From NCBI RefSeq assembly GCF_009914755.1, contig NC_060937.1: a DNA stretch of 64,000 bases; one strand, given 5' to 3'. Under the pieces are notes generated by a model. It did no database searches. It worked only from the letters and a program-made list of their open reading frames with translations, and was not told the origin of the DNA. Both the position numbers and the translations under genes were made by a program. This DNA is from the human T2T-CHM13v2.0 reference genome, Homo sapiens. Below are positions 1 through 18,188 of the stretch, one piece after another. Each line of letters opens with the position of its first letter. Position 1 is the first letter of the stretch.

Positions 1-303
1 ATGTAGTGGCTGTATGCTCAGACAGCGTAAACACAGTGCACCTATTTTTCAAATGTACAAAGAATGGGGAAAACACATAAAATTTTTTTTCAACTGCTTT
101 AGTAATTATCTGGTAGTGTCATCTTAAATTTGAATAGAAAAGATAAGTACGCTCTTGTTAGGCACTTTATATTAACAACAACAAAATTCTAGCTCTGTCC
201 ATTGAAAAAGCCTAGAAACAAAGATCAACCCAATACTGATGAATATTACTAGCAGGCAGATTGTGGTTCTGAAATATCATTTCCCACTAAAAGAAACCAG
301 AGC

Positions 304-724
<421 letters not shown>

Positions 725-892
725 CTAGTCACAACAAAAGCACTTAGAGGGCCAACTTGAAGCAGCTCCCACTGGCCAAAGATGGGACAATTTGAGCTTC
801 AAATAGGATAATAATTATAACTGATTGAAATCCATCAAATATGCTAAACTCCATGAATTCATAATGACATGTTAAAAAAAACCTAATTAGTT

Positions 893-1210
<318 letters not shown>

Positions 1211-2483
1211 CTAATTAGTCATCGTCAAAAGATAATAAGGAAACAATTTATTACCCTGATGATAAAGGAAAATGCAATTATCCTGCCTTTCCTATATGAA
1301 CTGGACAACCAAATAGTAGATAAGGGAAACATTTCTTTAAAAAGTATTCCAACTAATAAATGAAAAATAAACACAGAATTATCACTATTTACCACCACCA
1401 ATGAACTAATAGATCTAGGCACTGAATATTAACAGCTGCTAACATGACAGAGATAAGATGTGCCTCTGACGAAAGAACACAGCATCACCTCTAGTTTTGC
1501 CAAACGGACAGAACATGAGTGTGACAGAGATTCTGGATCCAGCTGCCAATTTGGGGAAAATACAGGGTTGAGGAAAATATACAACTTCACCACAGATACA
1601 TATCCAGAAAAACCTACTATGGGCACTTAATAGGTCAAATGCCCTTGGTTCCCCAACAGTAATCTATATTTTCAATTAGTGAGCCCAAAATAAGTATTTA
1701 AATAACTATTTGTAGTTTTAGACTTTACTTGATTGACATAAATCTTTGAAATTCTCTGAAAAGCAACCATCAACAGAATTTTACTTATGAATTACTATAA
1801 AAACCAAAGATTTACTTTAAAGCATCATTTCATAAAAAACCAAGACCATTTTTATATAAACATGGAAAAACCAGTGATATGTTTAGCTGTATTAACTAAT
1901 TACAGAATCTAATGCATAACTGGTCTTTTTAGCTAGAGTTCTTTCCCCTTCTCTTGAATTTCCTCATATATCATGAAGCCTCAGAAACACTGGAATGTAC
2001 ATGCTCAGGGTTGTCCCCCAGTAGAAGTGATGGGCTGCTTTGAGCCGTTCTTACTGATGTCTGGTCTGATCCCTGGGTGGTCATCAACATAAAATGGTGT
2101 GGTATCTGGCCACAGACTGGCCACAGAATAGCATTTTTCTCTCAACTAAGTTACTTCAACTTCCAAAATAATTATACAGAGAACCCTGAACTCATTAGGA
2201 GTATCCGCCAATCAATTTCATCTAGACTGTAAAATCTACACACAACATTTTATGATGTTTTCTAACAGCAAACAAATTTGCATTTCTTTTTTATTCCTTT
2301 TAGAAAAAGGTTTTGGTTAGATTTTGCCAGCCCGAGGTAGACCTGTTAAAGAGAATAGGAGACTATGTAGCTTCAGGCAAATGAAATATATTCTAAATTA
2401 CAGAAGGGAATTAGGCACAGCTGTATCTAAAAGAATAGACACAAATGGCTGGAATAGATGGAGAGCCAGAATTTAACAGTTAC

Positions 2484-2570
2484 CTCAGAAATGTTTTTGT
2501 CAGTTTCTTTTCTTTTTTCTTCCAGTTTCCTTTCAATACCTACAATTCCTACAGCCCTTATTCTTCCTGG
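2484..2570 (-). CDS. VPS36: VPS36 exon 6 ([29 protein letters not shown]); gene continues beyond the left edge
   Basis: T-tract+CAG acceptor, GAG|GTAACT donor, 87 nt; conserved GIVGIER motif; lies in ORF 2427..2642. Confidence 0.95.
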
Positions 2571-3180
2571 CTGAAAAAAAAAAGAGGTAGAAAATAAAAC
2601 ATACAAAATAGGAAGGAAACAAAATCTTTTGTAACCAACCACATTGTGTTTTCAATGGCGGGAAAGGACCTACAAAGAACCAAAGAAAAACAGCATACAC
2701 GGACATTTAGCTTCCCTTCAAAACATGTGTTTGTTTCTTGCTGTACATAATGATCTTAAAATCATTCAGGAAAAACCAAATATACAATAAATGGCATATT
2801 TTACTCTGCATTTTAGAGATAAGTTAAATTTCCTATCATTTTCCTTCTTTGGCAAGCTATTACGTATCAGATACTTAATAGGGTCTCAAATGTACAAAAA
2901 AAATCACAGTTTAAATTTTGGTTCTTAATTAAGTTATTATTCAAGCTACTTTCATACATTTGAGTACCTGTCTAGTGTTGGTGATTAATTTAGACAGGCC
3001 TGGAAAACATTACCCAGCTGTACTGTCTATTCTCTCAAATGTCACACTGATTATGAAGAACAGAATGCAGTGAGTGAACCCTACCTTCTATCACCCTAAG
3101 AATTACGCTGGTAAGCAGTCATTTATGTTTACTAAGCGTCTGCTGTATAGACAGCACTAAATTAGGTGCTGTGAAAATAA

Positions 3181-3477
3181 TTTTTTTTTTCTTTTTTTGA
3201 GACGGAGTCTTGCTCTGTCGCCCAGGCTGAAGTGCAATGGTGCAATCTTGGCTCACAGCAACCTCCGCCTCCTGGGTTCAGGTGACTCTCCTGCCTCAGC
3301 CTTCTGAGCAGCTGGGATTACAGGCGTGCACCAACCTGCCTGGCTAATTTTTGTATTTTTAGTAGAGACAGGGTTTCACAATGTTGGCCAGGCTGGTCTT
3401 GAACTCCTGACCTCATGATCCACCCCGCCTTGGCCTCCCAAAGTAGTGGGATTACAGGCGTGAGCCACCGCGCCCTA
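3181..3477 (-). mobile_element. AluS
   Basis: Reverse Alu consensus with T tract. Confidence 0.9.
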
Positions 3478-3614
3478 CCGAAAATAAATTCTTTATAAGA
3501 ATACCATTGCAGTATTTTGTTTTGGGCAAGTTCTACAATCACAGAGTCTTTTTCTTAATGAAGATGTAAGTACAGAGTTGAAAATACTGGATTAGCAAAT
3601 AGTTTTAAAAATAC

Positions 3615-3704
3615 CTGGGGTCCTCTATTTGTTTGTAATGACTGGGAAACTGGCATATTCTCCCATCTTCTTTGTGTCATTTCCTCTGATAAACGCCTGT
3701 AAAA
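3615..3704 (-). CDS. VPS36: VPS36 exon 5 ([30 protein letters not shown])
   Basis: CAG acceptor, CAG|GTATTT donor, 90 nt in phase. Confidence 0.95.
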
Positions 3705-3785
3705 CTGATACGCAAATAAATACACTTTAAATGACTCAGTCAGATTGTAACATCCTTGTATAAATCATTACTTAACATTTCTTTC

Positions 3786-4092
3786 TTTTTTTCTTTTTTT
3801 TTTTTTTTTTGAGGTGGAGTTTTGTTCTTGTTGCCCAGGCTGGAGTGCAATGGCGTGATCTAGGCTCACCACAACTTCCGCCTCCCCGATTCAAGTGATT
3901 CTCCTGCCTCAGCCTCCCAAGTAGCTGGGATTACAGGCATGTGCCACCACACCCAGCTAATTTTGTATTTTTAGTAGAGATGGGGTTTCTCCATATTGGT
4001 CAGGCTGGTCTTGAACTCTCGACCTCAGGTGATCTGCCCGCCTCAGCCTCCCAAAGTGCTGGGATTATAGGTGTGAGCCACCGCGCCCGGCC
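3786..4092 (-). mobile_element. AluS (Sp/Sq-like)
   Basis: Reverse Alu, TSD ACTTAACATTTCTT. Confidence 0.92.
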
Positions 4093-5039
4093 ACTTAACA
4101 TTTCTTCAGTATAAAAGTCTGTTCAGTCATTTGCAGCAAGCCCAGAATTCTCAGAGACATCAAAGAAAATCAAAGGAAGTTCTTTTCTTGGATCAGCTTC
4201 AGAAAGCACAAGGGAAAAAAAAAAAGAGAAGGAACTGACCTTCTATATAAAGTGGGCTATTCTCAACAAAGAGATGAGTGACAATGAAATCAATAGACTT
4301 ACTTTAAACAATCCTGTGTATGTGGATTGTTTTCGATCTATAATGAAACAAACACAGTGCCAGGAAAAATATACAACCATTCTCCATGAAGGAAGCAGAG
4401 AATCATTTGTCTAGTTAAAATATAAAACCAAAAAGTAGGACCAAAACATACCTATGCTCACAAATAATCAAATATATTTTTCAACTTCAATGAGAAAAAC
4501 TTTAGTCAATCACTTATATCTGCTTAGTGATCACTTGTCAGGAGCACTGGGTGAGGTGATATAGAAAAAAATTAATAATAATTTATGATATTGATGGGGA
4601 GAATAAATACGCACTTCTAATTATCTTAAGAATTCTTGTACAGCAACTTATTCAGAACATACAAACTATTATACTGCAGAATAAGTACTTAAGTGATTAA
4701 GATTAACTGGAGTTAATCAAGACAGACAGCCTGATTTAAAGCTGGGGAACCTTCAGATACTGAGATAGTTCAACATACCACTGCATTTACACTCTGTTCC
4801 TTTAACTAAACTATACCACTGAAAACTCTGCTAGCAGGCGAATGGCATGACTTAGTGTATTTTCCAGCCTCTGTTCCTTCCTTGGGAACACAACCTCTGC
4901 TTCCCATTCCCACTGAAACCTAAACTTCATATTCTCCACTCACTGCTAAGGCTTAAGATATAATAAAAATTTTATTGTAAAAATATGGTGAAATCTGGTA
5001 TGTTGTATAATACTACCTTCCATCATATTAACAAGCCAC

Positions 5040-5040
<1 letters not shown>

Positions 5041-5076
<36 letters not shown>
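5041..5076. repeat. (AC)18 microsatellite
   Basis: Perfect dinucleotide run. Confidence 0.97.
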
Positions 5077-5078
<2 letters not shown>

Positions 5079-5111
5079 TTCTAGTACGATTTTATTCATG
5101 TAGAAACTTAC

Positions 5112-5226
5112 CTCAATCTGGCCATGTTCTTTGAAGGAGAGTTTGATGTAGGAGTTCTTACTACTCTGGAATGGGCCAGGTTCTTTGTTAGGAGGAGCTG
5201 GGTGAAGATGAACCACTATTTTGGCA
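5112..5226 (-). CDS. VPS36: VPS36 exon 4 ([39 protein letters not shown])
   Basis: TTCTTCAG acceptor, GAG|GTAAGT donor, 115 nt; lies in ORF 5028..5330. Confidence 0.96.
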
Positions 5227-6470
5227 CTGAAGAAAGAACAAATGTAATATATTGAATTGTCTTTCAAAAAAATATAACTAATTCTACTTTTATAACTTTT
5301 TATGTATTTCAAATCACTTTTAAAATTCATGTAGAAACAAACATCCCAAAAAGCATCCTTTTAAAGTGTGTATTAATTCAATATTAATGAAGCTTTCAAA
5401 AATCTCTCTACTTAAAACTTGAACCAAAGCTATGAACCAAAAAGCTTCAAGTTACTAGCTCTGTAGATTAGAGTGTGACTTTAGAAAATAAGGTCAAAAT
5501 AAATTTGCAAAATTTTGAGTTTATGATTATGGTTTTCCAACTACAAACGTCCCCAGAGGTTATAAGGGGGCCTATAATTTCTGCCAAAGCATACACCCTT
5601 ATTCATTTGAAAACAAAATGTGAAAACTTATCTGTAAAAATGGCCAGCTGATATTTTATTAAAATTCCATCCAAAACTAACATTCTACAGTATCATTTGT
5701 TGGAAAATGCCACTCAATCAACAGCATGATCTAGAAAGATATCCAATAACAAAAACAATTCCCAAAATGCTGTGGCTCTAAGAACACAAACTACCATTAT
5801 CTTTATGACTATCATAATCTTCTATGCTATTAAAAATACCACTATATTTGGTCAGCTTAATAAGTCTGTTTTCCTCCTTTTTTTTTTTTCTACCTAGTCA
5901 ATAAGCAATCTTCTATAAAGATTTGGGAAACTAAAAAACTCAAAGTATCCCGGGTACCTAGTTTAGTGCTTTTTCTTTATTGATCATGCTATAGATACAC
6001 ACCTACCACTCAATTTTACTTTTCTTTTTTTGGAACCATATGGTTACCTAAAGATCACTGTAAAATTGAAACACCAGGCATTGGGCCTCCTCAATGTGAA
6101 TGGGTGGGGCCAGCCTTGTAAGGACTCCTCCTATTCCCTTGTGGTAAACTTCTTTAAGTGAAGTGAGAAAATAAACTATGTGAGCAGAATCATAGAACTG
6201 TCTGAAACAAACCATCAAGTAGAGCAACAAAACTATGACAATTAAGATAACTAAGCAAAAGCATTTCATAGTCTCTGAAACTAAAAAAAAACGCTCAGCC
6301 CTACTATCAGATTGTGTGAAAGGACACCCAATGAAAAACTAATGAGTATAATCGAAAAAAGTTTAAAAGCTCCACAGTAAGCATAAAAAGTCTATGCCAA
6401 GTTTTGTGTACATTCTTTTATCAAGTCATCCAATTACTATACTTCATTAAATTTTAAATTTATGAAATAA

Positions 6471-7009
<539 letters not shown>

Positions 7010-7436
7010 TCAGATAACCTGGAACAACCTTAAAGTTTACTTTTTAGAACTTAATACAATGGAGAAAATTGATAAGGGGAAAATATAAATCATAAGAACA
7101 ACCTACCCTAAAAATCTATGGCTTAAAAAAAATCTATGGCTTATTAATCTTTTTAAAACGTTGGTTAGTTTCTTTTATATCAAATAAATAATCTTTTACA
7201 GTAAATCATAACATTATGATCAAGGCATGCATTGCATGTCCAGTGAAGCTCAACATTGTTTAACTTCTACTGAAGTGCCTAATTATGCTAAACCTAAAGA
7301 TAAGCCTACATAGGAAAAAAATATCCCATGCCGATAATATTTGTTCATGTCTCCTCAATTACATTCACTTAAAATATAAAGCCAAGTTTTCGGTACATTT
7401 GAATAAACAGGAACATTTGAACTTACGCCTTTATAC

Positions 7437-7565
7437 CAGAGTGGCCTCATCTCCTGGTGTGCCTGGGATAGTCCCATTGTATCCCTGTTACCCTGGTCTA
7501 ATTGTTCATTGTACCCCCTATTATTCTGATAAATGTCCTGCTTTGTACAATAACTATTATTATAT
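7437..7565. mobile_element. MER81-like hAT DNA transposon relic
   Basis: Resembles MER81 (CCTGGTGTGCCTGGGATAGTCCC...TGTCCTGCTTTG). Confidence 0.5.
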
Positions 7566-7919
7566 GCTGTTTAATTCTGCTACCTGAACAAGTCAAACTT
7601 GAGAAACAAACTTAATGATCAGGCTAGAAACAGGAGCAAAGTCAGTTATTTTTCTCAAATAGGTTATTTCCGATTTTAAGTATGAAATGACAGGTACACA
7701 GGGATGTGAAAGCAAAGTGTCTACGGAAAGACAATGATAACTGGGCCACATTTCTTTATTATGACCCATGTATAATAAACAAGGATATTACAGCAAACCT
7801 TAGCTTTATTCATGCTTTAAGAATGGATTCGTACATCAAGTCTAAGATAGGACCTCTTGGCCAATAGCATAACAGGAAATGTTTTCTGTGAATAAAGACT
7901 GTGCTATACACAGACTTAC

Positions 7920-7990
7920 CTCTTCCCAATTCCAGCCGCCTGTTCTTCAATGAACACAATTTGGGAAAGGAGAATGGCCATGCAACACTC
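7920..7990 (-). CDS. VPS36: VPS36 exon 3 ([24 protein letters not shown])
   Basis: TAG acceptor, AG|GTAAGT donor, 71 nt, ends in phase 2 matching exon 4. Confidence 0.96.
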
Positions 7991-8219
7991 CTAGGAGGAA
8001 ATCAATAGCTTAAATGAAAGACTCTAAACAACATCCATAACACTTGTCAGAAATCCTTGTTTTATAGCATTACAGTGCCATATGCCTTAATAATAAAAAT
8101 AATGAAAAACAATAATGATTTTACTCCTTAAATGAACTTAAGGAAAAATTAAATGAAAACAGTAATGTGGTGGCATTTGGCTGCATGGAAGAACATAAGA
8201 AGTTTAAAAGAAGCTGTAA

Positions 8220-8567
<348 letters not shown>

Positions 8568-8804
8568 ACAATGGGTGCATTTTCTAAGAGTAATATTTCT
8601 ATGAAAACATTTTACTCGTAATATTTTCTTACACTGAAAGCAAAAAACAAATCAGATACATCAAGATAATTTTAAGGAGGGCATTTATGTAGATGACTTT
8701 CTCTTCTTTATAATTTTCCATACTTCACTCATATGCCCATATACAATTATTAACAGTTTTAAACAGAAAATATTGATGTAGTATCCCTTTATTCATATGT
8801 TTAA

Positions 8805-9415
<611 letters not shown>

Positions 9416-9643
9416 AATTTTTAACATATATAAACAGTTATGTTTAATTTTTATATGTGACTAGCAATGTAGTAAGTCTAAAATTTGTCCAAATTGACCT
9501 CTTTATATGATAATCAAAAAATTATACTAAGATTAACTTATCAACATATGGTTTAAGGACATCCACTCTATCCTCCCCAAAAAGATTTATTTTCTGAATA
9601 TATATTACTTTTAAAAGGATTAGACAATATTAACAGTCTAAGG

Positions 9644-9972
9644 CAGCAGTCCCCAACCTTTTGTGTATCAGGGACCAGTTTCATGGAAGACAGTATTTCC
9701 TGGGGAGCAGGGGTTGTGGTTTCAGGATGAAACTGTTCCACTTCAGACCATCAGGCATTAGACTCTCAAAGGGAGGGCATGACCTAGATCCCTTGCATGC
9801 ACAGTTCACAATAGGGTTCCTGCTCCTATGAGAATCTAATGCGTCTGCTGATCTGATGGGAGGTGGAGCTCCGGTGGTAATGCTTGCTTACCTGTCACTT
9901 ATCCCTGCTATGTGACCCAGTTCCTAACAGGCCACAGACCAGTACTGGGGGTTGGGGGGTTGGGGACCCCTG
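9644..9972. mobile_element. MER1B-like hAT-Charlie non-autonomous DNA transposon
   Basis: TIRs CAGCAGTCCCCAACC / GGTTGGGGACCCCTG; 8-bp TSD GTCTAAGG/CTCTAAGG. Confidence 0.85.
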
Positions 9973-10292
9973 CTCTAAGGCATGCATTATCAACAGGGGC
10001 AATATCAGACCTAGGAGACAAAAATTAGTTCCCAGGTACAAAAAAGTCAGATATTGTAATGGTTAGCAGCCCTTCAAGTGCTACAGTACAGTATATAGTT
10101 TATTTGTGGTACTAAAATTTCACAGGGGTCTGGGGGAACAATCAGGAAAATAAAAACAGATGAGATAGCTATCTTACTGGCAACACTGAGATTAATGTAT
10201 ATACACTTTCAGGTTGAAGCTCTTGGGAATAAAGATATCAGCTCTATATACATATAATTCTCCTCCTTCCCAAAAACAAAAGACAAAAAACA

Positions 10293-10638
<346 letters not shown>

Positions 10639-11033
10639 CTAGGTAAAAGCATGCACTTGATGGCAGGCCTAGCCTCCTGATTCTCAACAACCTAGGACAA
10701 CCAGTGGTTTTAAGGACATACCAGCTCTTTGTAAAGACTCCCTCACAACTGATGGGGGAATTATTCCACTGTTACACATGGAACATTTAGATATAGAGTA
10801 GAATTTGACTAGTATTTAAAAAACATGATTCTCCATCCAGTAACTACATGGATTTTTCTGGAGCTGAATAAGGGACGACACGCTAACTCCTGTTTTTGCA
10901 CTCCATTCAGAGAAATTACATGGGACACACTCTTTTGTCATTCAGAAAAGTAAAATTTATTATTGCATTCATTATATAAGTTTTATTAGAAATGAAAAAA
11001 GAAGAAAAAGCTCCAGTTGATTTAAAACCTACA

Positions 11034-11160
11034 ATGGTGGCTCACTCCTGTAGCCCCGGCTACTCGGGAGGTTGAGGCCAGGAGAATCACTTGAGCCCAG
11101 AGGTTACAGATCAGCCTAGGCAATACAGCGAGACCCTGTCTCTAAAAAATAAATAAACAA
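11034..11160 (+). mobile_element. Alu monomer (FLAM-like)
   Basis: Single arm with A-rich tail, TSD TAAAACCTACAA. Confidence 0.8.
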
Positions 11161-11198
11161 AATAAAACCTACAACAGATGCAAAAAACTGTATCTTAC

Positions 11199-11267
11199 AT
11201 GATTTTTCTGATCTCTCCAAATCAGTCGGTGTGTACTAAGAAGGAGAGTCCCAGCATCAAATTTTAT
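11199..11267 (-). CDS. VPS36: VPS36 exon 2 ([23 protein letters not shown])
   Basis: Pyrimidine tract+TAG acceptor, CAT|GTAAGA donor, 69 nt, in phase; GLUE-domain [12 protein letters not shown] motif. Confidence 0.96.
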
Positions 11268-12125
11268 CTAGAAAGAAAGAGCATCACAAAATATTAATAA
11301 CATATCACTCATTGTGGTTCCGATTTTCTTCTTCATGAATTATACCACACTAAATTAATCATATAAACAAACATTTTACTTTTAGAATAGGCTTATCACA
11401 AATTAAAGAGAACCAATGCTACATACTTCATAAGCTATTTGTATAGTCTTGACAGAATTAGAAAAAAATGCAAACAACAACCAGGTATGATACACATTCA
11501 TACTCTGCAATGCATGCAAAGGTTAAAAAGAAATGACGAGGTAGAACTGCATGGATTACCATAGAACTCTAAGACATTGGATGAGTGGGAAAGAAAGTGA
11601 TTTACAGCAATTTATAATATTACATATGCAGTATATGTGTGTGTCTGCAGACACACAAGTAGTGAAAGGGGTCTAAAAGGAACACAATTATCTGTTAACA
11701 ATCATTATCTCAGAAAAAGTGTGAGGAAAGGGGTAGAAGGGAAGCAAAGAGCTCTTTTGTACCTCTACACTTTACCCTGATTGAATTTCTTTGCAATTGA
11801 ATTCATGTATAACACTCATAACATTTTTTAATGAAAACAAAATCCAGGAATAGACACAAATACATACAAAAATAAATATGGATGGAGATTCAATCAATGG
11901 CAGTGGGACAACTGGGTTGCCAGGTAGGAAAAAGAAAAACCCACACATCTGGATTTATACCTAATACAATGCACCAAAATGAATTCTAGAAGGATCAAAC
12001 AATTGAGTAAAAAACGAAAAAAATTATAAAAGCACTCGAAAAAAATCATGAGATAATTTTTAAAATAATCTGAGGGGAGAAGACCTTTCTAAGAAGGCAT
12101 AAAACCCATTAGCATTAAACAAAAA

Positions 12126-12491
12126 CCCCCAAATTCATATGTTGAAGCCCTAACCCTCAATGCGATGGTATTTGGCAATGGAGCCTTTGGGAAGTGATTA
12201 GGTTTAGAAGTTCATGAGGTGGGGCCCTCATGATGGGACTAGTATCCCTATAAGAAGAGGAAGAGACAGGAGGGCTTCCTCTCCATGAACACGTGCTGAC
12301 AAAAGACCATGCAAGTACACAGGGAAATGGTGGCCATCTGCAAGCCAGGAAGAGTGCCCTTACCAAGAACCAAATCTGCCAGCACCTTGATCTTAGACTT
12401 CCCAGTCTCCAGAACTATGAGAAATAAATGCCTGTTGTTTAAGCCACCCAGGCTATGCTATTCTGTTTTAGCAGCTGAGCTGACTAGGACA
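12126..12491 (+). mobile_element. MaLR solo LTR (MLT1A-like)
   Basis: CCCCCAAATTCATATGTTGAAGCCCTAACC start; CCAGAACTATGAGAAATAAATG...TTTAAGCCACCCAG end. Confidence 0.8.
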
Positions 12492-12997
12492 TACTCTTTG
12501 AGTATGTATCACCTATTCAAAATATAAATTTTTAAATGTTCTTCAAAACTACAATACAATCACAAAGAAATGCCAGCTGGGTCTTCAGGACCAAAACTTT
12601 AACCCTTACTACTTGTTATTATGCCCTGAAAGTTACATAAATAAGCAAATTTTAGAGTTGGAACCCAAGAGATTAATAAATTAAACCCCTGTGTTTCTGT
12701 TAAAAGCAAGATATATATTGGAAGCTATTAACTCGAGTTACCAGAAAGTGGAATTTGCCACAAGGTAGGACTTCCTTGTGTCCTTTCCAGGAATATCCAG
12801 TTATTTTAAAAGTTATATCTGATCCTAAGTCTGAGCTAATAAAAAAGAAAAACAACAACAAAAAACAGTTACAAGGATAGTCCCATTTATAAGGCAGCCT
12901 TACAACATAAATTCTAAGGAAAGCATTTTAGTGAGTGTCCAGTTTATTAAAATAAGACTGGAATTGTTTTGAGTTTAAAATAATATGTTAAAAATAT

Positions 12998-13469
<472 letters not shown>

Positions 13470-14179
13470 TTATGCGGTTGATAATAAAGAGACTTATGAT
13501 ATTAATACAGAAAAAAGCAGGTCTCAAAATATATATAGCATGACTCCACACACAGAATACGCTAAAAGTAACTGCTTATGGGTAGTAGGATTATTGATTA
13601 TTTCAAGTTCCTCCTTTGGCCTATCCATATTTAACAACTTTGTTACATGTCTAATAAATAAAAAAATCGATCACAGGCATGTATAACTTCATGTAACTCT
13701 GAACTATATATAAATCATTTTTTGTTAAATCAAGCACACATAGGAACATATGTCAAAAAGTCCTTGCATAATAAATAACACACTTCTTGACATACATTTT
13801 AAAAAACTGTTTTCTAAGAGTAAGGTCTGATTGTATTATTAATAGCATTAAGTAGTAAATAATATGGTTAGTAAACTTTAATGATAACAGACCTTCTGAA
13901 CCATCTAGTCTAAATACACTTCATGAGAGATTGTCCCACCAACAAACTTCAACATGTCAGAGAATAGACCTTATGAGTCCATGTTTTTCTCAGAATCAGA
14001 AATAAAACATATGTACTTCTGGCACTTAGTTCAGTCTGGCTTCAAACATTTTGGTTAATCTCATCTATGCAAAACCAAATAACTAAGTTTACAATATTTT
14101 TTAAATCTCTTCTTTGCCAATGAGTAAATTTCCCTTCTCCAAAAGCAAATATTTAATTATCTTAAGAGTACATAATGCT

Positions 14180-15162
<983 letters not shown>

Positions 15163-15686
15163 TTACTGAAATCCAAGCACATACATGTTAATTTAAGGCT
15201 GGAGCCAGCCTATGTTCCACTGCTACCTCAATTAACAATGTGCAAATGTAAAATGTTGCTGCTCTAAGTGAAGAAATTGTGTAACAGTTCCCTTTCAGGA
15301 TTCCAGTGGATTAAGATCTAAACCTGATAGTCAAGTTTAGGCTGGTTTGCTTACACCACTCAGAACCTAGAATAATTTTAACTGCTTAAAAATTGATCTA
15401 ACTTCAGCACTCACTGAAAAGTTCTTAACCTGCTTTTTTTTTTAATTTACATTTTTTCTGTTATAAAAGTCATACATGTTCAGTGTTGAAAATCTCGAAA
15501 ATATTTAGAGCCTGAAAAAGAAAATGAAATAATAACTCATACCAGCCAGAGTGTGTATGTATATATACACAGATGTTTATGTATACATATATAACCTTTA
15601 AATAGAATGATAGGTTTATAACTATTATTAATAGTATAGTTAGAAAATATAGTTAGCAGCCTATCATTGGCAATTCCTCATGCTAA

Positions 15687-16012
<326 letters not shown>

Positions 16013-16399
16013 TAATTAACCAATCCCTATGGTGGACATTCAGATTGCTTCCAATTTTTCCATATATAATAATATTATATGTAATACATAATAATGCTGA
16101 GATGAGCATTCTCATATGTAATATTTTTATGCATTTCTGATTATTTCCCAAGGGTAAATTCCTAAAAGTGAGTTAGCTGAAAAAGAATAAACAATTTTCT
16201 AAATCTTCTGATATATGCTGCCAACTTGCCACTTTACACATTACTAACCTTACATTATTTTTTAAATTGGCTGAGGCTACAGAAGTGTCTGTGAAGTCAA
16301 ACAAATGACCTGTCTACACTGCTTATGAAAGTAACACATTATCTAGTCATAATGAGCCCATGAAAACTGTGCCTGTATAAACAAGCGAGTCTGCATGTA

Positions 16400-16870
16400 T
16401 TCATAAGAGGCACTTGGGCGTGGGAAGAGCAGTCCATTGGATCTGGTTTGCAATTCTAGCTCTACCAGTTACTAGTTGTGTGACCTTAGACAGCTCACAG
16501 TTTTCTCAGCTATCACCTGTGGGGTCTCAGTTCCCCATCTTTGGGAAGATTAGCTGTATTAAACATTATATCAAGGGTGACACCGGTGACTGCTACATTA
16601 TGAAGTCATTTTTTTTTTTTTTTGAGACAGAATCTCGCTCTGTTGCCTAGGCTGGAGTGCAGTGGCACAATCTCGGCTCACTGTAGCTCCATGAACAAAG
16701 CACAGGCTTTGAGTCTGATCAACAGAGATTTAAATCTTCTCTCTGTGGATCTTAGGCAAGTCACTGTATCTCTTGGCGTTACTTTCTCATTCAGTAAAAT
16801 ACCTCATATTCTGATGAGAGGATTAAATGAGATGATATATACAGCTCTTGGCTCATAGTACTTTAATTAT
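16400..16870. mobile_element. MIR fragments with an ~80-bp Alu 3' fragment (16608-16690)
   Basis: MIR core-like TGTGTGACCTTAGACA / CTTAGGCAAGTCACT...GAGGATTAAATGAGAT. Confidence 0.65.
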
Positions 16871-17882
16871 TCGGGTTTAAAAAAAATGTGTTTCACACCC
16901 ACAACCAGCTAGGAGATACAAGGATGAGCAAGGCACACCTTCTGTGCTCCAGAAACATCAGACTAGTCTAGAAGACAGCCATGCACATGCTTGCCCAGGG
17001 AATGGGTTGGGATGCAAAACTATGAATATTAAGCAATCTGGACTGCAGTCCCTAGGCCAAAGGAGCCAGTGAGGCATCCTAAAAGGGAGACTAATTTCAC
17101 CAGATTTGGGGGCTAATGTGTGTAACCTTGTAAAGTCTCTAGCACCACAGGAGGTCTGGAAACCTTCCAAAAGATGAAGGAAGCCAGGATACCGCACCTT
17201 CCCCCAGGAGTCAGCCTGTGCCCCATTCAGCCTAGGGACCGCATAGCTGCAAGGCAGCTCAGCAAGTCACTAAGTCCAGCTTTGGGGCACAGTGGTAAGG
17301 AGACTCCTCTTAGAGCTCCACTCCAATTTCAAGCTTTTAGAAGAGTTAATTCTGGACTAGATCACAGGGTCTAAAGCAATGTTTTCCCCATGATTTGTTT
17401 CTTAAACCTCTGACATCTATATACTTGTCTGCTAATACAAGCAGCAAAAATTTTAAAGTAAAAATTAAAACTTGCTGCTTCAACAATGTATCTTTCATAT
17501 AAAACTACTAATGGTTGTTATTTTACACTGTTTTAAATCTATCACAGCTATACTGCCTGCCAGCAAAGGTGTTCCTAGTCTTCAAATTGGAGTTCCATAG
17601 AACAGTATCATGCCATGCTCTGCAAAAGCATGACTTCCTAGTGCTCCCTCAGGGAGTGGCACTGGAGGAGTCTCTGAGGACAGATCTAACACTGTCAACA
17701 TTCGGTTCCTCTCAAAGGGGAGGCAAAATCAAAACACCGAGGAAGGGGAGGTGGATTAACCTTCCCATTTTAAATAGTCACAAAGATGTAAATTGGTAAG
17801 AAAGGAGAAAAAAATAGCTTGTCACTCCAATCCGGGGATGGAAGACTCATCTTGAGATCAAGATAGTTAAAGTGCCAAGGCA

Positions 17883-18188
17883 GGCTGGGCACAGTGGCTC
17901 AAGAGCCTGTAATCCCAGCTGTTTGGGAGGCCCAGGCGGGCGGATCATTTGAGGTCAGGAGTTAGAGACCAGCCTGGCCAATGTGGTGAAACCCCGTCTC
18001 TACTAAATATGCAAAAATTAGCCGGGCATGGTTGCAGGCGCCTGTAATCCCAGTTACTCAGGAGGCTGAGGCAGGATCTTGAATCTGGGAGGCGGAGGTT
18101 GCAGTGAGCCCAGATCGCGCCACTGCACTCCAGCCTGGCGATAGAGCGAGACTCTGTCTCAAAATAAATAAATTAATTAATTAAATTA
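17883..18188 (+). mobile_element. AluS
   Basis: Full dimer, TSD AAGTGC(C/T)AAGGCA. Confidence 0.9.
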
